NCBI GenBank assembly: GCA_963770795.1
Contig: CAVYQR010000006.1
Coordinates: 70,264-134,263 of the forward strand
Origin: an uncultured Chloroflexia bacterium
Lineage (GTDB): Bacteria > Chloroflexota > Limnocylindria > Limnocylindrales > CSP1-4
Direction: 5' to 3'
DNA length: 64,000 nt
Shown here piece after piece: positions 1 to 9,126 of this stretch; the stretch's first letter is position 1; every line of letters starts with the position of its first letter. The translations under genes and the position numbers were made by a program. A model generated the notes under the pieces. The model worked only from the letters and a program-made list of their open reading frames with translations, was not told the DNA's origin and did no database searches.

Positions 1-213
1 TCCCGTCGCGGTCTCGAACGGCGTCACCCAGTCGTAGGCCGGGTCGACGGCGCCGCGCTCGGCGTAGCCTGCCCAGATGACCAGGTTGAGCTCGCCCTCA
101 CCTGCGCCAATTGACTGGGGCAGGGTAGGGGCCTGGGTCGCGCTCGATCCACCGCACGCAGCGACGACCAGTGCCACGGCGCCGAGCAGCGCCGGAATCC
201 TCCGCAGTCTCAT
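1..213 (-). CDS. Polyamine (spermidine/putrescine-type) ABC transporter substrate-binding lipoprotein, N-terminal part only (runs off window start)
   Basis: Read manually: [24 protein letters not shown]...[13 protein letters not shown]...DWVTPFE. Lipobox VAAC, strong RBS (AAAGGAGGAGGAG), ATG overlaps the upstream ATPase stop (ATGA). Confidence 0.75.
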   Translation of the reverse strand, partial: MRLRRIPALLGAVALVVAACGGSSATQAPTLPQSIGAGEGELNLVIWAGYAERGAVDPAYDWVTPFETATG

Positions 214-1331
214 CTCTCCTCCTCCTTTGAACGTTCCCCGTCAGCGACGGGGAGGCAGTGCTGCCGCTTCCAGATGAGCCGAACGGCCCGGCCCTGCTGC
301 GCGAGCGCCTCGGTCGAGGACGTCGCGAGGTTCTGTTGGGTCACGACGAGCTCGGCTCCCGCGTCGAGCGCGACGACGTACCGCGTGTCCGACCCGACGT
401 AGACAACGTCCCGGATCCGGCCGGTCGCGCCGATCTCGTCCTCCGCGGGGACCGCGTCAAGGGTGGCGAGGCGGATCTTCTCGGGGCGCACGGTGTACGT
501 CCCCCGGCTGCCGACGACCCGGGTCGCCGCCTCGCCGGTCAACAGGTTGGATGTCCCCACGAAACCGGCCACGAACCTGGTCTCCGGACGCTCGTAGACG
601 TCCGCCGGCGCGCCCACCTGCTCGATCCGGCCACGATTGAACACCGCGATCCGGTTGCTCATGGTGAGCGCCTCTTCCTGGTCGTGGGTCACGTAGATGA
701 ACGTGATCCCTACCTCTCCCTGGATGCGCTTGAGCTCGATCTGCATCTCCTCGCGGAGCTTGAGATCGAGGGCTCCCAGGGGCTCGTCCAGCAACAGGAC
801 CCGAGGCCGGTTCACCAGTGCCCGGGCGAGGGCGACGCGCTGTCGCTGCCCGCCCGACAGCTGCCCGGGCTTGCGATCGTCGTAGCCCTCCAGCTGGACC
901 ATGGCGAGGGCCTCCGCGACGCGCCGCTTGCGCTCGTCCCTGGCCACCTTCCGGACGACGAGGCCGTAGGCGACATTGTCGGCGACCGTCATGTGCGGGA
1001 ACAGCGCGTAATCCTGGAAGACGGTGTTGACGTCACGGTCGAACGGCGCCAGCCGGGTCACGTCCTGACCGTGCAGGATCACCCTGCCCGCGGTCGGCTG
1101 CTCAAAACCCGCGATCATTCGCAGCGTCGTGGTCTTGCCCGAGCCGGACGGGCCGAGCATCGAGAAGAACTCGCCGTCAGCGATCTCCAGGTCGACACCA
1201 CCCACCGCGACGACCTCCCCGAACCGCTTCTCGAGATGCTCGAGGCGGATCGCGGGCGTTGCTGTGCGGGTCGCGGCTGCCTCTTCCCGGGCGTAGCCGG
1301 CAGGCGGTGGGTCCAGCGGGGTCGTGGTCAC
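210..1331 (-). CDS. potA: ABC transporter ATP-binding protein, PotA family
   Basis: Walker A GPSGSGKT, signature [15 protein letters not shown], Walker B LLLDEP, C-terminal TOBE-like region. Probable start GTG at 1331; the longer ORF 210..1946 is an N-terminal over-extension. Confidence 0.85.
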   Translation of the reverse strand: MTTTPLDPPPAGYAREEAAATRTATPAIRLEHLEKRFGEVVAVGGVDLEIADGEFFSMLGPSGSGKTTTLRMIAGFEQPTAGRVILHGQDVTRLAPFDRDVNTVFQDYALFPHMTVADNVAYGLVVRKVARDERKRRVAEALAMVQLEGYDDRKPGQLSGGQRQRVALARALVNRPRVLLLDEPLGALDLKLREEMQIELKRIQGEVGITFIYVTHDQEEALTMSNRIAVFNRGRIEQVGAPADVYERPETRFVAGFVGTSNLLTGEAATRVVGSRGTYTVRPEKIRLATLDAVPAEDEIGATGRIRDVVYVGSDTRYVVALDAGAELVVTQQNLATSSTEALAQQGRAVRLIWKRQHCLPVADGERSKEEER

Positions 1332-1439
1332 TCGGGATCGAGGCTCCAAGTGTGTGGCGCGCACGCTACGGGTGGTCCCCCGCGGTGTCAATAGCGATGC
1401 GCCACGTGGGTTTGGGCCGATCTCCAGCATCATTGGGGG

Positions 1440-1997
1440 ATGGACACCCTGCGCCTCTCGAACCGGACCACGGTCGCCCGTATCGCGATGGACGGGCGCA
1501 TGACGGCGGTCGCCGCTGGGGTAATCCTCGTCCTGCTCATCGCAGCCTGCGATACGGGCGCCCCGGCCGCCACGCAGCCGATCACGCCGGGCACCAGCGC
1601 GGAGCCGCGCGAGGTCAACATCATCGCCCGCGACTACGCCTACACGCCGGCGACGCTTGACCTGGTGCCCGGCGAGACCGTGATCCTCCACGTGGTCAAC
1701 GGTGGCCTTGCCGTCCACGAGGCGATGCTTGGCACCCTCGAGACGCAGCTGGCCTGGGAGGCGGCGGAGGCACCGCTTGCGGACTCGCCCCCCGGCCCCA
1801 CCCCGATCGTGCCGGTGCCGTCGGGCTTCGACGGCGTCCGGGTCGTGGTCGAGTCCGGCGAGCGGGTCGACGTGACCTGGACCGTCCCGCCGGACGCGGC
1901 GACCGCGGCGAGCGGCTGGTTCGTCGGGTGCCACATCCCGGGGCACTGGGACAAGGGCATGGTGGTGCCCGTCCGGTTCATCGGGGCGGGCGGCTGA
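1440..1997 (+). CDS. Cupredoxin (plastocyanin/azurin-like) copper-binding lipoprotein
   Basis: Lipobox LIAAC; type-1 Cu ligands HEA...[11 protein letters not shown]. Real start may be 1488 or 1500. Confidence 0.8.
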   Translation: MDTLRLSNRTTVARIAMDGRMTAVAAGVILVLLIAACDTGAPAATQPITPGTSAEPREVNIIARDYAYTPATLDLVPGETVILHVVNGGLAVHEAMLGTLETQLAWEAAEAPLADSPPGPTPIVPVPSGFDGVRVVVESGERVDVTWTVPPDAATAASGWFVGCHIPGHWDKGMVVPVRFIGAGG

Positions 1998-1998
1998 C

Positions 1999-2018
1999 GG
2001 GAGGCTCGCTGGCCTCCC
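1999..2018 (+). terminator. Short GC hairpin after the cupredoxin gene
   Basis: GGGAGGC...GCCTCCC inverted repeat just after the stop; no U-tract. Confidence 0.35.
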
Positions 2019-2138
2019 CTGCGCGTGCTCAATGGGAGTCGCGCGGGGTCTGCGCGGTGGTACGCTCTTGGTAGGCGCGCGGGTGGCCGCGCTCCTATGG
2101 TTCCACGTACAGCCCGATGATCAGGAGACCCCAAGACC

Positions 2139-2426
2139 GTGACGTACGTCATTGCCGAGCCCTGCGTCGACGTCATGGACACCGCATGCGTGTCCGTCTG
2201 CCCCGTGGATTGCATCCATTTCGAGGAGGGGGTTGACCGCAAGCTCTTCATCGATCCCGACGAGTGCATCGATTGCGGCGCCTGCGAGCCCGAGTGCCCC
2301 GTCAACGCGATCTTCCCGGAGGAGAGCCTTCCGGCCGAGTGGGCCGGCTACACCGCGATCGAGGCCACCTGGTTCGCCGACAAGGCCGCGGCCCGCGCCG
2401 CGCTGGACGCCCTCAAGCCCGCCTGA
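2139..2426 (+). CDS. fdxA: Dicluster (7Fe-type, FdxA-like) ferredoxin
   Basis: MTYVIAEPCVDVMDTACVSVCPVDCI...CIDCGACEPECP; RBS AGGAG upstream of GTG. Confidence 0.9.
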   Translation: MTYVIAEPCVDVMDTACVSVCPVDCIHFEEGVDRKLFIDPDECIDCGACEPECPVNAIFPEESLPAEWAGYTAIEATWFADKAAARAALDALKPA

Positions 2427-2469
2427 ACCTCATCTCGCCGGTCCTCGCGCCGGCCCGAAGATCGCATCC

Positions 2470-2493
2470 GGCCCCGCAGGCATCTGCGGGGCC
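2470..2493 (+). terminator. Hairpin after the ferredoxin gene
   Basis: GGCCCCGCAG-gcat-CTGCGGGGCC, perfect 10-bp stem. Confidence 0.5.
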
Positions 2494-2622
2494 GACCCGT
2501 TTCCGGCGCCGGATGCTCATGCTGGACGACCGTGGCCTGACCCCGGGCGGCCGCGGCCCGACCCGGATGGAGGAGGGCTGATCACGGGCGGCGAGGGTGC
2601 CCATCGCCCGTAGACTGGCAAG

Positions 2623-3510
2623 GTGCGTATCGTCTCCCTCCTGCCTGCCGCCACCGAGATCCTGTTCGAGCTCGGGCTCGGCGGTGAGCTGACCGGCGTC
2701 ACCGATGCCTGCACGTTCCCGCCGGCGGCCCGGCTCCTGCGCCGCGTCGCGACGACCACCGCGGATCCCCGCGACCCGAGAAGTGTCGGGCCGCGGCTGG
2801 TCCTCGATGACGTCGCCCTGGCCGTCGCCAGGCCAGACCTCGTGATCGCAGGCGGCGCCCCCGGAGCGGGGGCGATCGGCTACCGGGATGCCGCCGATGC
2901 CGTGGCCCGGTTGGGGCTCGAGTCGGAGGTGATCCGCCTCGACCCGACGTCGGTCGAGGGCGTGCTGAACGCGATCCAGGCGGTCGGCGCCATGACCGAG
3001 ACGGAGGACGAGGCGATGGACGTCGCCCTCGGCCTGCGGGAGCGGCTGCACGCGCTTGAGAGGATCGTCATCGGGCGGCGGGAGCACGCCTTCGTCCCGC
3101 CCCGGGTCATCGTGCTGGAGGGCCTCGAGCCGCCGGTCGCCGTGGGCCGGTGGGTCCCGGAGCAGGTCCGGCTGGCGGGTGGCTGGGAGTTGCTGGGCCG
3201 CGAGGGCGAGATGCCTGCCCCGACGGCGTGGGACGCCATCTGCGAGATGGAGCCCGAGGTCCTGGTCATCGCCCCGCGGGGCCTGAACCTGGCCGCGACT
3301 CGCGAGGCGTGGGATCGGTTGCCGCGCCCGGCCGGCTGGGAGGCGCTGCCGGCGGTCAGAGCCGGCCGGGTGTTCGCCGTGGATGGTCCCGCGTGCTTCG
3401 ACCATCCGGGGCCGCGCGTCATCGACGGCATCGAGGTGCTCGCGGAGCTGATCGACCCCGTCGCGTTCGACGGCATGGCGCCGCCCCGGACGTGGGACCG
3501 GCTGGCCTGA
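2623..3510 (+). CDS. BtuF/cobalamin-iron-type periplasmic-binding-fold protein, no signal peptide
   Basis: Starts MRIVSLLPAATEIL; has RPDLVI, W..EQVRLAGG and PGPRVIDGIEVLAELI segments typical of TroA/BtuF-like proteins. Confidence 0.75.
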   Translation: MRIVSLLPAATEILFELGLGGELTGVTDACTFPPAARLLRRVATTTADPRDPRSVGPRLVLDDVALAVARPDLVIAGGAPGAGAIGYRDAADAVARLGLESEVIRLDPTSVEGVLNAIQAVGAMTETEDEAMDVALGLRERLHALERIVIGRREHAFVPPRVIVLEGLEPPVAVGRWVPEQVRLAGGWELLGREGEMPAPTAWDAICEMEPEVLVIAPRGLNLAATREAWDRLPRPAGWEALPAVRAGRVFAVDGPACFDHPGPRVIDGIEVLAELIDPVAFDGMAPPRTWDRLA

Positions 3511-3529
3511 CGCCGAGCCCGCACCGACG

Positions 3530-4354
3530 ATGCCCTTTCGCACGACCTTCGACTGCCTCTGGTGCGGCGACCCGTGGACGGCCCGCGGCCCCGGTGACCT
3601 CGAGGGCTGGGCCCAGCTGTGTCCGGCGTGCCTCGGTCGCGCGGGCACCAACGCGTTCCTCCGGGGGCGCCTGCGGACCGCGCTGGCCGAGCGCGCCGCG
3701 GGCGTCCGTGCGCCCGGGAAAGCAGTCGTGCCTCCCGTCGAACCCCGTCCCGCGCCCGTCCCGCACCAGGTGGCCTTTCCCGACGACTGGTTCCTGCGCC
3801 GCGGCACCTTCGAGCGTGGTGCCATCCACGACGCTGCCTGGGCCGCCGAGATCGACGTGGTCACCCGCTGGCTGGATGCGATGCCGCCGGCCGCCCGGAT
3901 CGCGGAACCGGCGGCCGGGGTCGGGTTCTTCTCGCCGCTCCTTGCCGGGCGCGGTGAGCTCCACGCCTCCGACCCGGACGGGCACGCGCTGGACCTGGCC
4001 CGGGAGAGGCTCATGGCCCATCGGCTGCTGGCGCATCTGCACGTTGCGGACCCGTGGGCAGTCCCGGCGGGTGAGCCCGTGGACCAGGTGGTCGCCGCGT
4101 TCCTGCTCGGGCGGGTGCGGGGCGCGGGCCTGGACGCCGCGGTCGCGTCACTGCGCGCCCGCCTCCGCCCCGGCGGGACGCTGGCGATCATCGAGCTCCG
4201 ACGAGACCCGGCCGGTGGCCCGCCGGCGGGGATCGCCTGGTCCTGGCGTGAGCCCGAGGTCCTGGAGGCCACGCTTGCGCGCGCTGGGTTCGAGGCGATC
4301 CGGAGCACCCCGTCCGGGCGCTTCTTCCTGCTCGTGACCGCTGTCGCCGCCTGA
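3530..4354 (+). CDS. Class I SAM-dependent methyltransferase with N-terminal Cys4 zinc-ribbon-like domain
   Basis: N-terminal CLWC...CPAC; motif-I-like AEPAAGVGFF; later VAAFLLGRV and LRPGGTLAIIE. Confidence 0.65.
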   Translation: MPFRTTFDCLWCGDPWTARGPGDLEGWAQLCPACLGRAGTNAFLRGRLRTALAERAAGVRAPGKAVVPPVEPRPAPVPHQVAFPDDWFLRRGTFERGAIHDAAWAAEIDVVTRWLDAMPPAARIAEPAAGVGFFSPLLAGRGELHASDPDGHALDLARERLMAHRLLAHLHVADPWAVPAGEPVDQVVAAFLLGRVRGAGLDAAVASLRARLRPGGTLAIIELRRDPAGGPPAGIAWSWREPEVLEATLARAGFEAIRSTPSGRFFLLVTAVAA

Positions 4355-4401
4355 GCGTCGACCCCTGGGCCGCCTCGGCCCGGTGCTATCCTCCGGCCCA
4401 C

Positions 4402-5292
4402 ATGTCTCCCCTCTCGAGCGCCACCATCGCGACCGTCGGTTCGGGGGTCATGGCAGAGGCCATGGTCGCCGGGCTCTTGCGCGGCAACCTCGTCACGCCA
4501 GACCAGGTGGTCGCCAGCCACCCGCGCGCGGAGCGCCGCGCTGCCCTCGAGGCCACCCATGGGATCCGCGTCGTCGTCTCCAACGCGGAGGCCGTGACCG
4601 GCGCGGACGTCGTCATCCTTGCCGTCAAGCCACAGACGCTCGCCAAGGTCGGACGGGAGATCGGCCCCGCCTTGCGGCCCGGCCAGCTGGTCCTCTCGGT
4701 CCTGGCCGGACCCACGACCAAGGCCCTGGTCGCGACGCTGGACCACGATCAGGTCGTCCGGGCGATGCCCAACACGCCGGCCCGCATCGGTAGCGGCATG
4801 ACCGTCTGGTACGCGACGCCCGCCACCACCGCGGCACAGCGCGCGCAGGCGAAGACCCTGCTGGGCGCGCTGGGTGCGGAGCTGGAGGTCGAGGACGAGA
4901 AGTGGGTCGCGATGGCGACCGCGGTCTCGGGCACCGGTCCAGCCTATGTGTTCCTCGTCATGGAGGCGCTGATCGACGCCGCCGTACACCTGGGCTTCCC
5001 GCGCCACGTCGCCCACGACCTCGTCATCGAGACCCTCGAGGGCAGCACCCGCTTCGCCAAGCAGTCCGGCGACCATCCGGCCGTGCTCAGGAACATGGTC
5101 ACCAGCCCGGCCGGTACCAGCGCCGCCGCCATCCATGAGCTGGAGTCCGGCCGCCTGCGCACGGTCCTCTCGGAGGCCGTCTGGGCCGCCTTCCGCCGTA
5201 CGGTGGAGCTGGGCGACGAGCTCGATGCGCAGGTCGTCGCCACCCCGGCGACACACGCCCTCGGCCGGACGCCCGACGCGGACGCCCTCTGA
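4402..5292 (+). CDS. proC: Pyrroline-5-carboxylate reductase
   Basis: GSGVMAEAM nucleotide-binding loop, ILAVKPQ, RAMPNTPA, SGTGPAY, VTSPAGTS. Confidence 0.95.
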   Translation: MSPLSSATIATVGSGVMAEAMVAGLLRGNLVTPDQVVASHPRAERRAALEATHGIRVVVSNAEAVTGADVVILAVKPQTLAKVGREIGPALRPGQLVLSVLAGPTTKALVATLDHDQVVRAMPNTPARIGSGMTVWYATPATTAAQRAQAKTLLGALGAELEVEDEKWVAMATAVSGTGPAYVFLVMEALIDAAVHLGFPRHVAHDLVIETLEGSTRFAKQSGDHPAVLRNMVTSPAGTSAAAIHELESGRLRTVLSEAVWAAFRRTVELGDELDAQVVATPATHALGRTPDADAL

Positions 5293-5324
5293 GCCCGCCA
5301 ACCTTCAGCATACCGAGGCCTTCG

Positions 5325-6302
5325 ATGCCCGACCGATCTGCCTCCGGCGACGTCGCCGAACGCGCCATGCGCACCGCGCTCCTGGCGCTCTCCCGCCGCA
5401 AGTCGCTCGGCCGGCTCGCCACGCGCGTGCCGGTCACCCGCCCGATGGTTCGCCGGTTCGTAGCCGGCGAGACGCTCGAGGAGGTCCTGCCCGCGATCGG
5501 GCGCCTGCGCGACGCAGGGATGGGCACGACCGTGGACGTCCTGGGCGAATCCGTGACGGCGGAGGAGGATGCTCGTGCGGCTGCCGGCCGCTACCTCGAC
5601 GTGCTGGACGCGTTGGCCGCGGGCGCTCTGGACCGCAACGTCTCGCTCAAGCCCAGCCAGATGGGGCTCGCAATCGACCCGACGCTCGCCCGCGACAACA
5701 TTGCCGCGATCGTGGCCAGGGCGGTGGAGACGGCGGCCTTCGTCCGGATCGACATGGAGGACCACACCACCACCGATGCCACGCTGGAGCTCTGGCGGGA
5801 CCTGCGCCCCACGGGCTGGGCTGACGGCGGCGCGGATGTCGGGCTGGTGATCCAGTCGGCGCTGCGCCGCAGCGACGCCGACATCGAGGCGATCATCGAG
5901 GCCGGCGGGCGCGTGCGGCTGTGCAAGGGCGCCTACAAGGAGCCGGCGGCCGTCGCCTGGCAGGACAAGGCCGAGGTGGACGATGCGTACGAGCGTCAGA
6001 TGCTCCGCCTCATTCGCGCGGGTCGCTATCCCGCCCTCGCCACGCACGATGTCCGCCTGATCAGGCGCGCAGTCGATGTCGCGACAGCCGAGGGCATCGG
6101 CCGGGACTCGTTCGAGTTCCAGATGCTCTACGGGGTGCGGCGGGACCTGCAGGAGCAGCTGGCCGGCGCGGGCTGGCGGGTCCGCGTCTACGTCCCGTTC
6201 GGTGGACAGTGGTATCCGTACTTCATGCGCCGCCTGGCCGAGCGCCCCGCGAACGTGTCGTTCCTGCTCCGGAACATGTGGCGGGAGCGCGGCCGAGGCT
6301 GA
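5325..6302 (+). CDS. putB: Monofunctional proline dehydrogenase (PRODH)
   Basis: RFVAGE, VRIDME, RVRLCKGAY, ALATHD, FEFQMLYG, VYVPFG..WYPYFMRRLAERPAN. Confidence 0.93.
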   Translation: MPDRSASGDVAERAMRTALLALSRRKSLGRLATRVPVTRPMVRRFVAGETLEEVLPAIGRLRDAGMGTTVDVLGESVTAEEDARAAAGRYLDVLDALAAGALDRNVSLKPSQMGLAIDPTLARDNIAAIVARAVETAAFVRIDMEDHTTTDATLELWRDLRPTGWADGGADVGLVIQSALRRSDADIEAIIEAGGRVRLCKGAYKEPAAVAWQDKAEVDDAYERQMLRLIRAGRYPALATHDVRLIRRAVDVATAEGIGRDSFEFQMLYGVRRDLQEQLAGAGWRVRVYVPFGGQWYPYFMRRLAERPANVSFLLRNMWRERGRG

Positions 6303-6316
6303 CGCTGGGAATCCAA

Positions 6317-6341
6317 GAGCCGCCGGGAATTCCGGCGGCTC
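6317..6341. terminator. Hairpin between converging PRODH and small-peptide genes
   Basis: GAGCCGCCGG-gaatt-CCGGCGGCTC, 10-bp stem. Confidence 0.55.
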
Positions 6342-6374
6342 AGGCCTCGGCGGTGGAAAGGCGAGGGGAGCCTG

Positions 6375-6470
6375 CTACCAGCGCTTGGCTCCGTCGAGCA
6401 TGAAGCCGAAGGCGGCGATCGTGCCCAGGAAGATCGTGGCCCGTTGAGCGTACGACTTGAGGGTGGTCAT
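6375..6470 (-). CDS. Unannotated 31-aa hydrophobic peptide MTTLKSYAQRATIFLGTIAAFGFMLDGAKRW
   Basis: Translated by hand; ATG preceded by GAGGA at ~9 nt; mostly G/C-ending codons; one TM-length hydrophobic core; TAG stop. Below the ORF-track length cutoff. Confidence 0.7.
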   Translation of the reverse strand: MTTLKSYAQRATIFLGTIAAFGFMLDGAKRW

Positions 6471-6685
6471 GGTCGTCGTTCCTCGTCTCGTTCCGGCGAG
6501 GGTTCCGTCGCTCGCCTGGTGGACTGCGAACGTAGCCCCGCGCAGCCATCCTCCGGAATAGCCCGTTGGTACTGGTACCCCTCCGCCTTAAGGTGGAGTT
6601 GCCGGGTCGCACCGGCCGGCCCCGGCAGGCCGGGACCGGCCCGCGCCGTCCGAACCTGCGGTTCGCCATACGGCATCATCTGCAC

Positions 6686-7486
6686 ATGACGAACCTCACC
6701 GCTCCTGCGGCGATGCCGCCCCGCTCCGACCTCCGGCGCCGCGTGCTGGCCGGAGAGCCGACCATCGGCCTGTTCATCAACCTCGGCTCGGCCGTGTCCG
6801 CGGAGATCGTCGCGCGCGCCGGCTACGACTGGACCGTGGTGGACCTGGAGCACGGCGCCGGCACGGAGACGGAGCTGCTCGGGCAGTTGCTGGCGATCCA
6901 GGCCACGCCGACGGCAGCGGTCGTGCGGGTCGTCTCGGCCGAGCGGATGCGTGTCGGGCGCGTCCTGGATCTTGGCGCCGATGGGCTCATGATCCCGCGG
7001 CTCGAGACGCTGGGCGACGTTGCGGACACCGTCTCGTGGATGCGCTACCCGCCGGCCGGGATCCGCGGCGTGGCGGCCGGCACCCGTGGGGCCGGCTACG
7101 CCACGGTGTCCCATCGAGAGATCCAGACCCTCAACGAGCGGATCCTCGGGGTGTTCCAGGTGGAATCGCCGGCCGCCGTGGATGCCGCGGACGAGCTTGC
7201 CGCGATCGACGGCGTGGACGTGCTGTTCGTCGGTCCCGCGGACCTGTCGCACTCGATGGGGATCCCCGGCGCCTTCGACGACCCGGCGTTCACGGCGGCC
7301 CTGGACAGCGTCGCGGCGGCAGCGAGTGCCCATGGCAAGGCCGCGGGGATCCTGCTCCGTGACGCATCGGAGGTACGCGCGTACCGGGCGCGCGGCTACG
7401 GTTTCATCGGCATCGGATCGGACTCCGGAATGGTGATGTCCGGGGCACGGGCGGAGCTGGCGGCCGCGCGGGCCGCGCTCACCTGA
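6686..7486 (+). CDS. HpcH/HpaI (GarL-like) class II aldolase
   Basis: GYDWTVVDLEHG, VLDLGADGLMIP, RYPPAGIRG, QVES, DGVDVLFVGPADLS. Start ATG 6686. Confidence 0.9.
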   Translation: MTNLTAPAAMPPRSDLRRRVLAGEPTIGLFINLGSAVSAEIVARAGYDWTVVDLEHGAGTETELLGQLLAIQATPTAAVVRVVSAERMRVGRVLDLGADGLMIPRLETLGDVADTVSWMRYPPAGIRGVAAGTRGAGYATVSHREIQTLNERILGVFQVESPAAVDAADELAAIDGVDVLFVGPADLSHSMGIPGAFDDPAFTAALDSVAAAASAHGKAAGILLRDASEVRAYRARGYGFIGIGSDSGMVMSGARAELAAARAALT

Positions 7487-7510
7487 TCCGGGTCCCCATC
7501 CGCGCCGGCG

Positions 7511-8521
7511 CTACTCCTCGCCCAGCCGGACCATGGGCTGGGGGAGCGGCGGTTCATCGGGATCGAACGCAACCGCGCCCTCCGAACCGGGCCGCGGTCG
7601 GCCGCGAGTCTGGGACAGCAGCACGCCCAGCAGGATCAGCGCTCCGCCTGCGAGCTGGATCGGCTGCAGGCGTTCGCCGAACAGCAGCGCCGCGGCGGCG
7701 ATCGTCCAGAGTGGCTCCACCGTGGACACGAGCGATGCCTGGGCGGCACCGATCCGCTGGGCGCCCGCGTAGAAGGCCTGCATCGGCACGAATCCGGCGA
7801 TCAGGGCGACGGCGATGATCCCGGGCCACGCCGCGTCCGGGATGTCGACCGGCAGCACGGGGTGGCCGACCGCGAGGTTGGCCGTCCAGTAGACGGCGGC
7901 GGTCGAGGTGAGCATCACGGCCCCGATCACCGAGGTCGACGCCCCGTCGTCCGCCTCGTGGCCGGTGCGGTCGTTGCGCTCGCCCGAGTGGCGGGCCGCC
8001 ATGATGATCCAGACGGAGTAGACCAGGGGTGAGGCGATGATCAGCAGCAGCCCCTCCAGGGGCGGGGCGGTTGCCGTGTCGATGCCCCCCACGGCCAGGG
8101 CGACGCCCAGCACCGCGATCGCCAGCGCGGACCAGGCGCGGCGACCCTCGAGCGGCCGGCCCAGGCGGAGGGCGAGCACGGCCACCACCGGCGGGTAGAT
8201 GTAGATGATCAGGGCCGCCAGCCCCAGCGGGACGGTGGTGATCCCCGCGTAGTAGGTGGCCGAGTTGGTGACGTACCAGGCCCCGAGTCCCAGGGAGATG
8301 AGCAGCGCCCGGCGCGGGAGCGCCCTCAGCGCGCGCCGCGCCCGCGGCCGGGCCAGGAGCAGCGCCCAGGCGAGGACCGCTGCGATGCCGAACCGCCACG
8401 CCATGAGCGTGAACCAGTCCACGCCGGTGTCGTACACGGGCTGCGCGAAGAGCCCGCCAGAGCCGAACGCGATTGCGCTGACGACGACGAGGGCGATGCC
8501 GGTGAGGCGGATCCGGTCCAC
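7511..8521 (-). CDS. EamA/DMT family transporter
   Basis: About 10 TM segments in two EamA halves; start GTG 8521. Confidence 0.85.
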   Translation of the reverse strand: MDRIRLTGIALVVVSAIAFGSGGLFAQPVYDTGVDWFTLMAWRFGIAAVLAWALLLARPRARRALRALPRRALLISLGLGAWYVTNSATYYAGITTVPLGLAALIIYIYPPVVAVLALRLGRPLEGRRAWSALAIAVLGVALAVGGIDTATAPPLEGLLLIIASPLVYSVWIIMAARHSGERNDRTGHEADDGASTSVIGAVMLTSTAAVYWTANLAVGHPVLPVDIPDAAWPGIIAVALIAGFVPMQAFYAGAQRIGAAQASLVSTVEPLWTIAAAALLFGERLQPIQLAGGALILLGVLLSQTRGRPRPGSEGAVAFDPDEPPLPQPMVRLGEE

Positions 8522-8613
8522 GGAGCGAGGGTATCGGAGGCGGGGGCAGGCGAGGCGGCCCCCCGGCATGCTGCCCGACCTGCCCGATCGGTCCGCTGCG
8601 CTACACTTCCCCC

Positions 8614-9126
8614 GTGGCTAACCTCACCGAGCGCGCCGTAGCAGCGCGCGTTCCCGCCCTCGTGGCAGAACCCCTCATGGTCGTCGGACGCCGGCACCCG
8701 GTCACGGTCCAGCAGGGCACCTCGATCGCACAATGCCTGCTGGCCATCCAGCGCACCGGGACCGGTGACTCCGTGTTCGTGACGGATTCGGACGGTCACC
8801 TGACCGGCGTCCTCACGGAGAACGACGTCTTCAGCCGCCTGGTGGGGCCGGACGTCGGGTACGGCGTGGATGTCGATGAGCCCGTCGAGGCCTTCATGAC
8901 GACGAACCCCAACACCCTGCGCCTGGACCAGACGGTCCTGGACGCACTCGTGCTGATGCAGTCCGAGCGCTACCGGAACGTCCCCGTCGTGGACGGTGAT
9001 GGGCTCCTCGTCGGGGTCGTGCGCCAGATCGACATCCTCAAGTTCCTCGCGGAATCGTTCCCCGAAGAGCTGCTCAACCTCCCACCCCGACCACATCAGC
9101 GCATGGAGCAGGCCGAAGGCGGATGA
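8614..9126 (+). CDS. CBS-pair domain protein
   Basis: Two CBS motifs (GVLTENDV; YRNVPVVDGDGLLVGVVRQIDIL); stop overlaps korA start. Confidence 0.85.
   Translation: MANLTERAVAARVPALVAEPLMVVGRRHPVTVQQGTSIAQCLLAIQRTGTGDSVFVTDSDGHLTGVLTENDVFSRLVGPDVGYGVDVDEPVEAFMTTNPNTLRLDQTVLDALVLMQSERYRNVPVVDGDGLLVGVVRQIDILKFLAESFPEELLNLPPRPHQRMEQAEGG

Noticed and set aside
2430-2622. Cobalamin riboswitch upstream of the BtuF-like gene
   Set aside because: No recognisable B12-box or GGGAA...GCCACTG core; the gene appears leaderless.
2413-5301. 962-aa minus-strand ORF and many other long ORFs antisense to or overlapping identified genes (e.g. 17181-20114, 12151-14517, 47508-49400)
   Set aside because: Arg/Gly/Pro-rich shadow frames expected at this GC content; no motifs; they overlap genes with clear family signatures.
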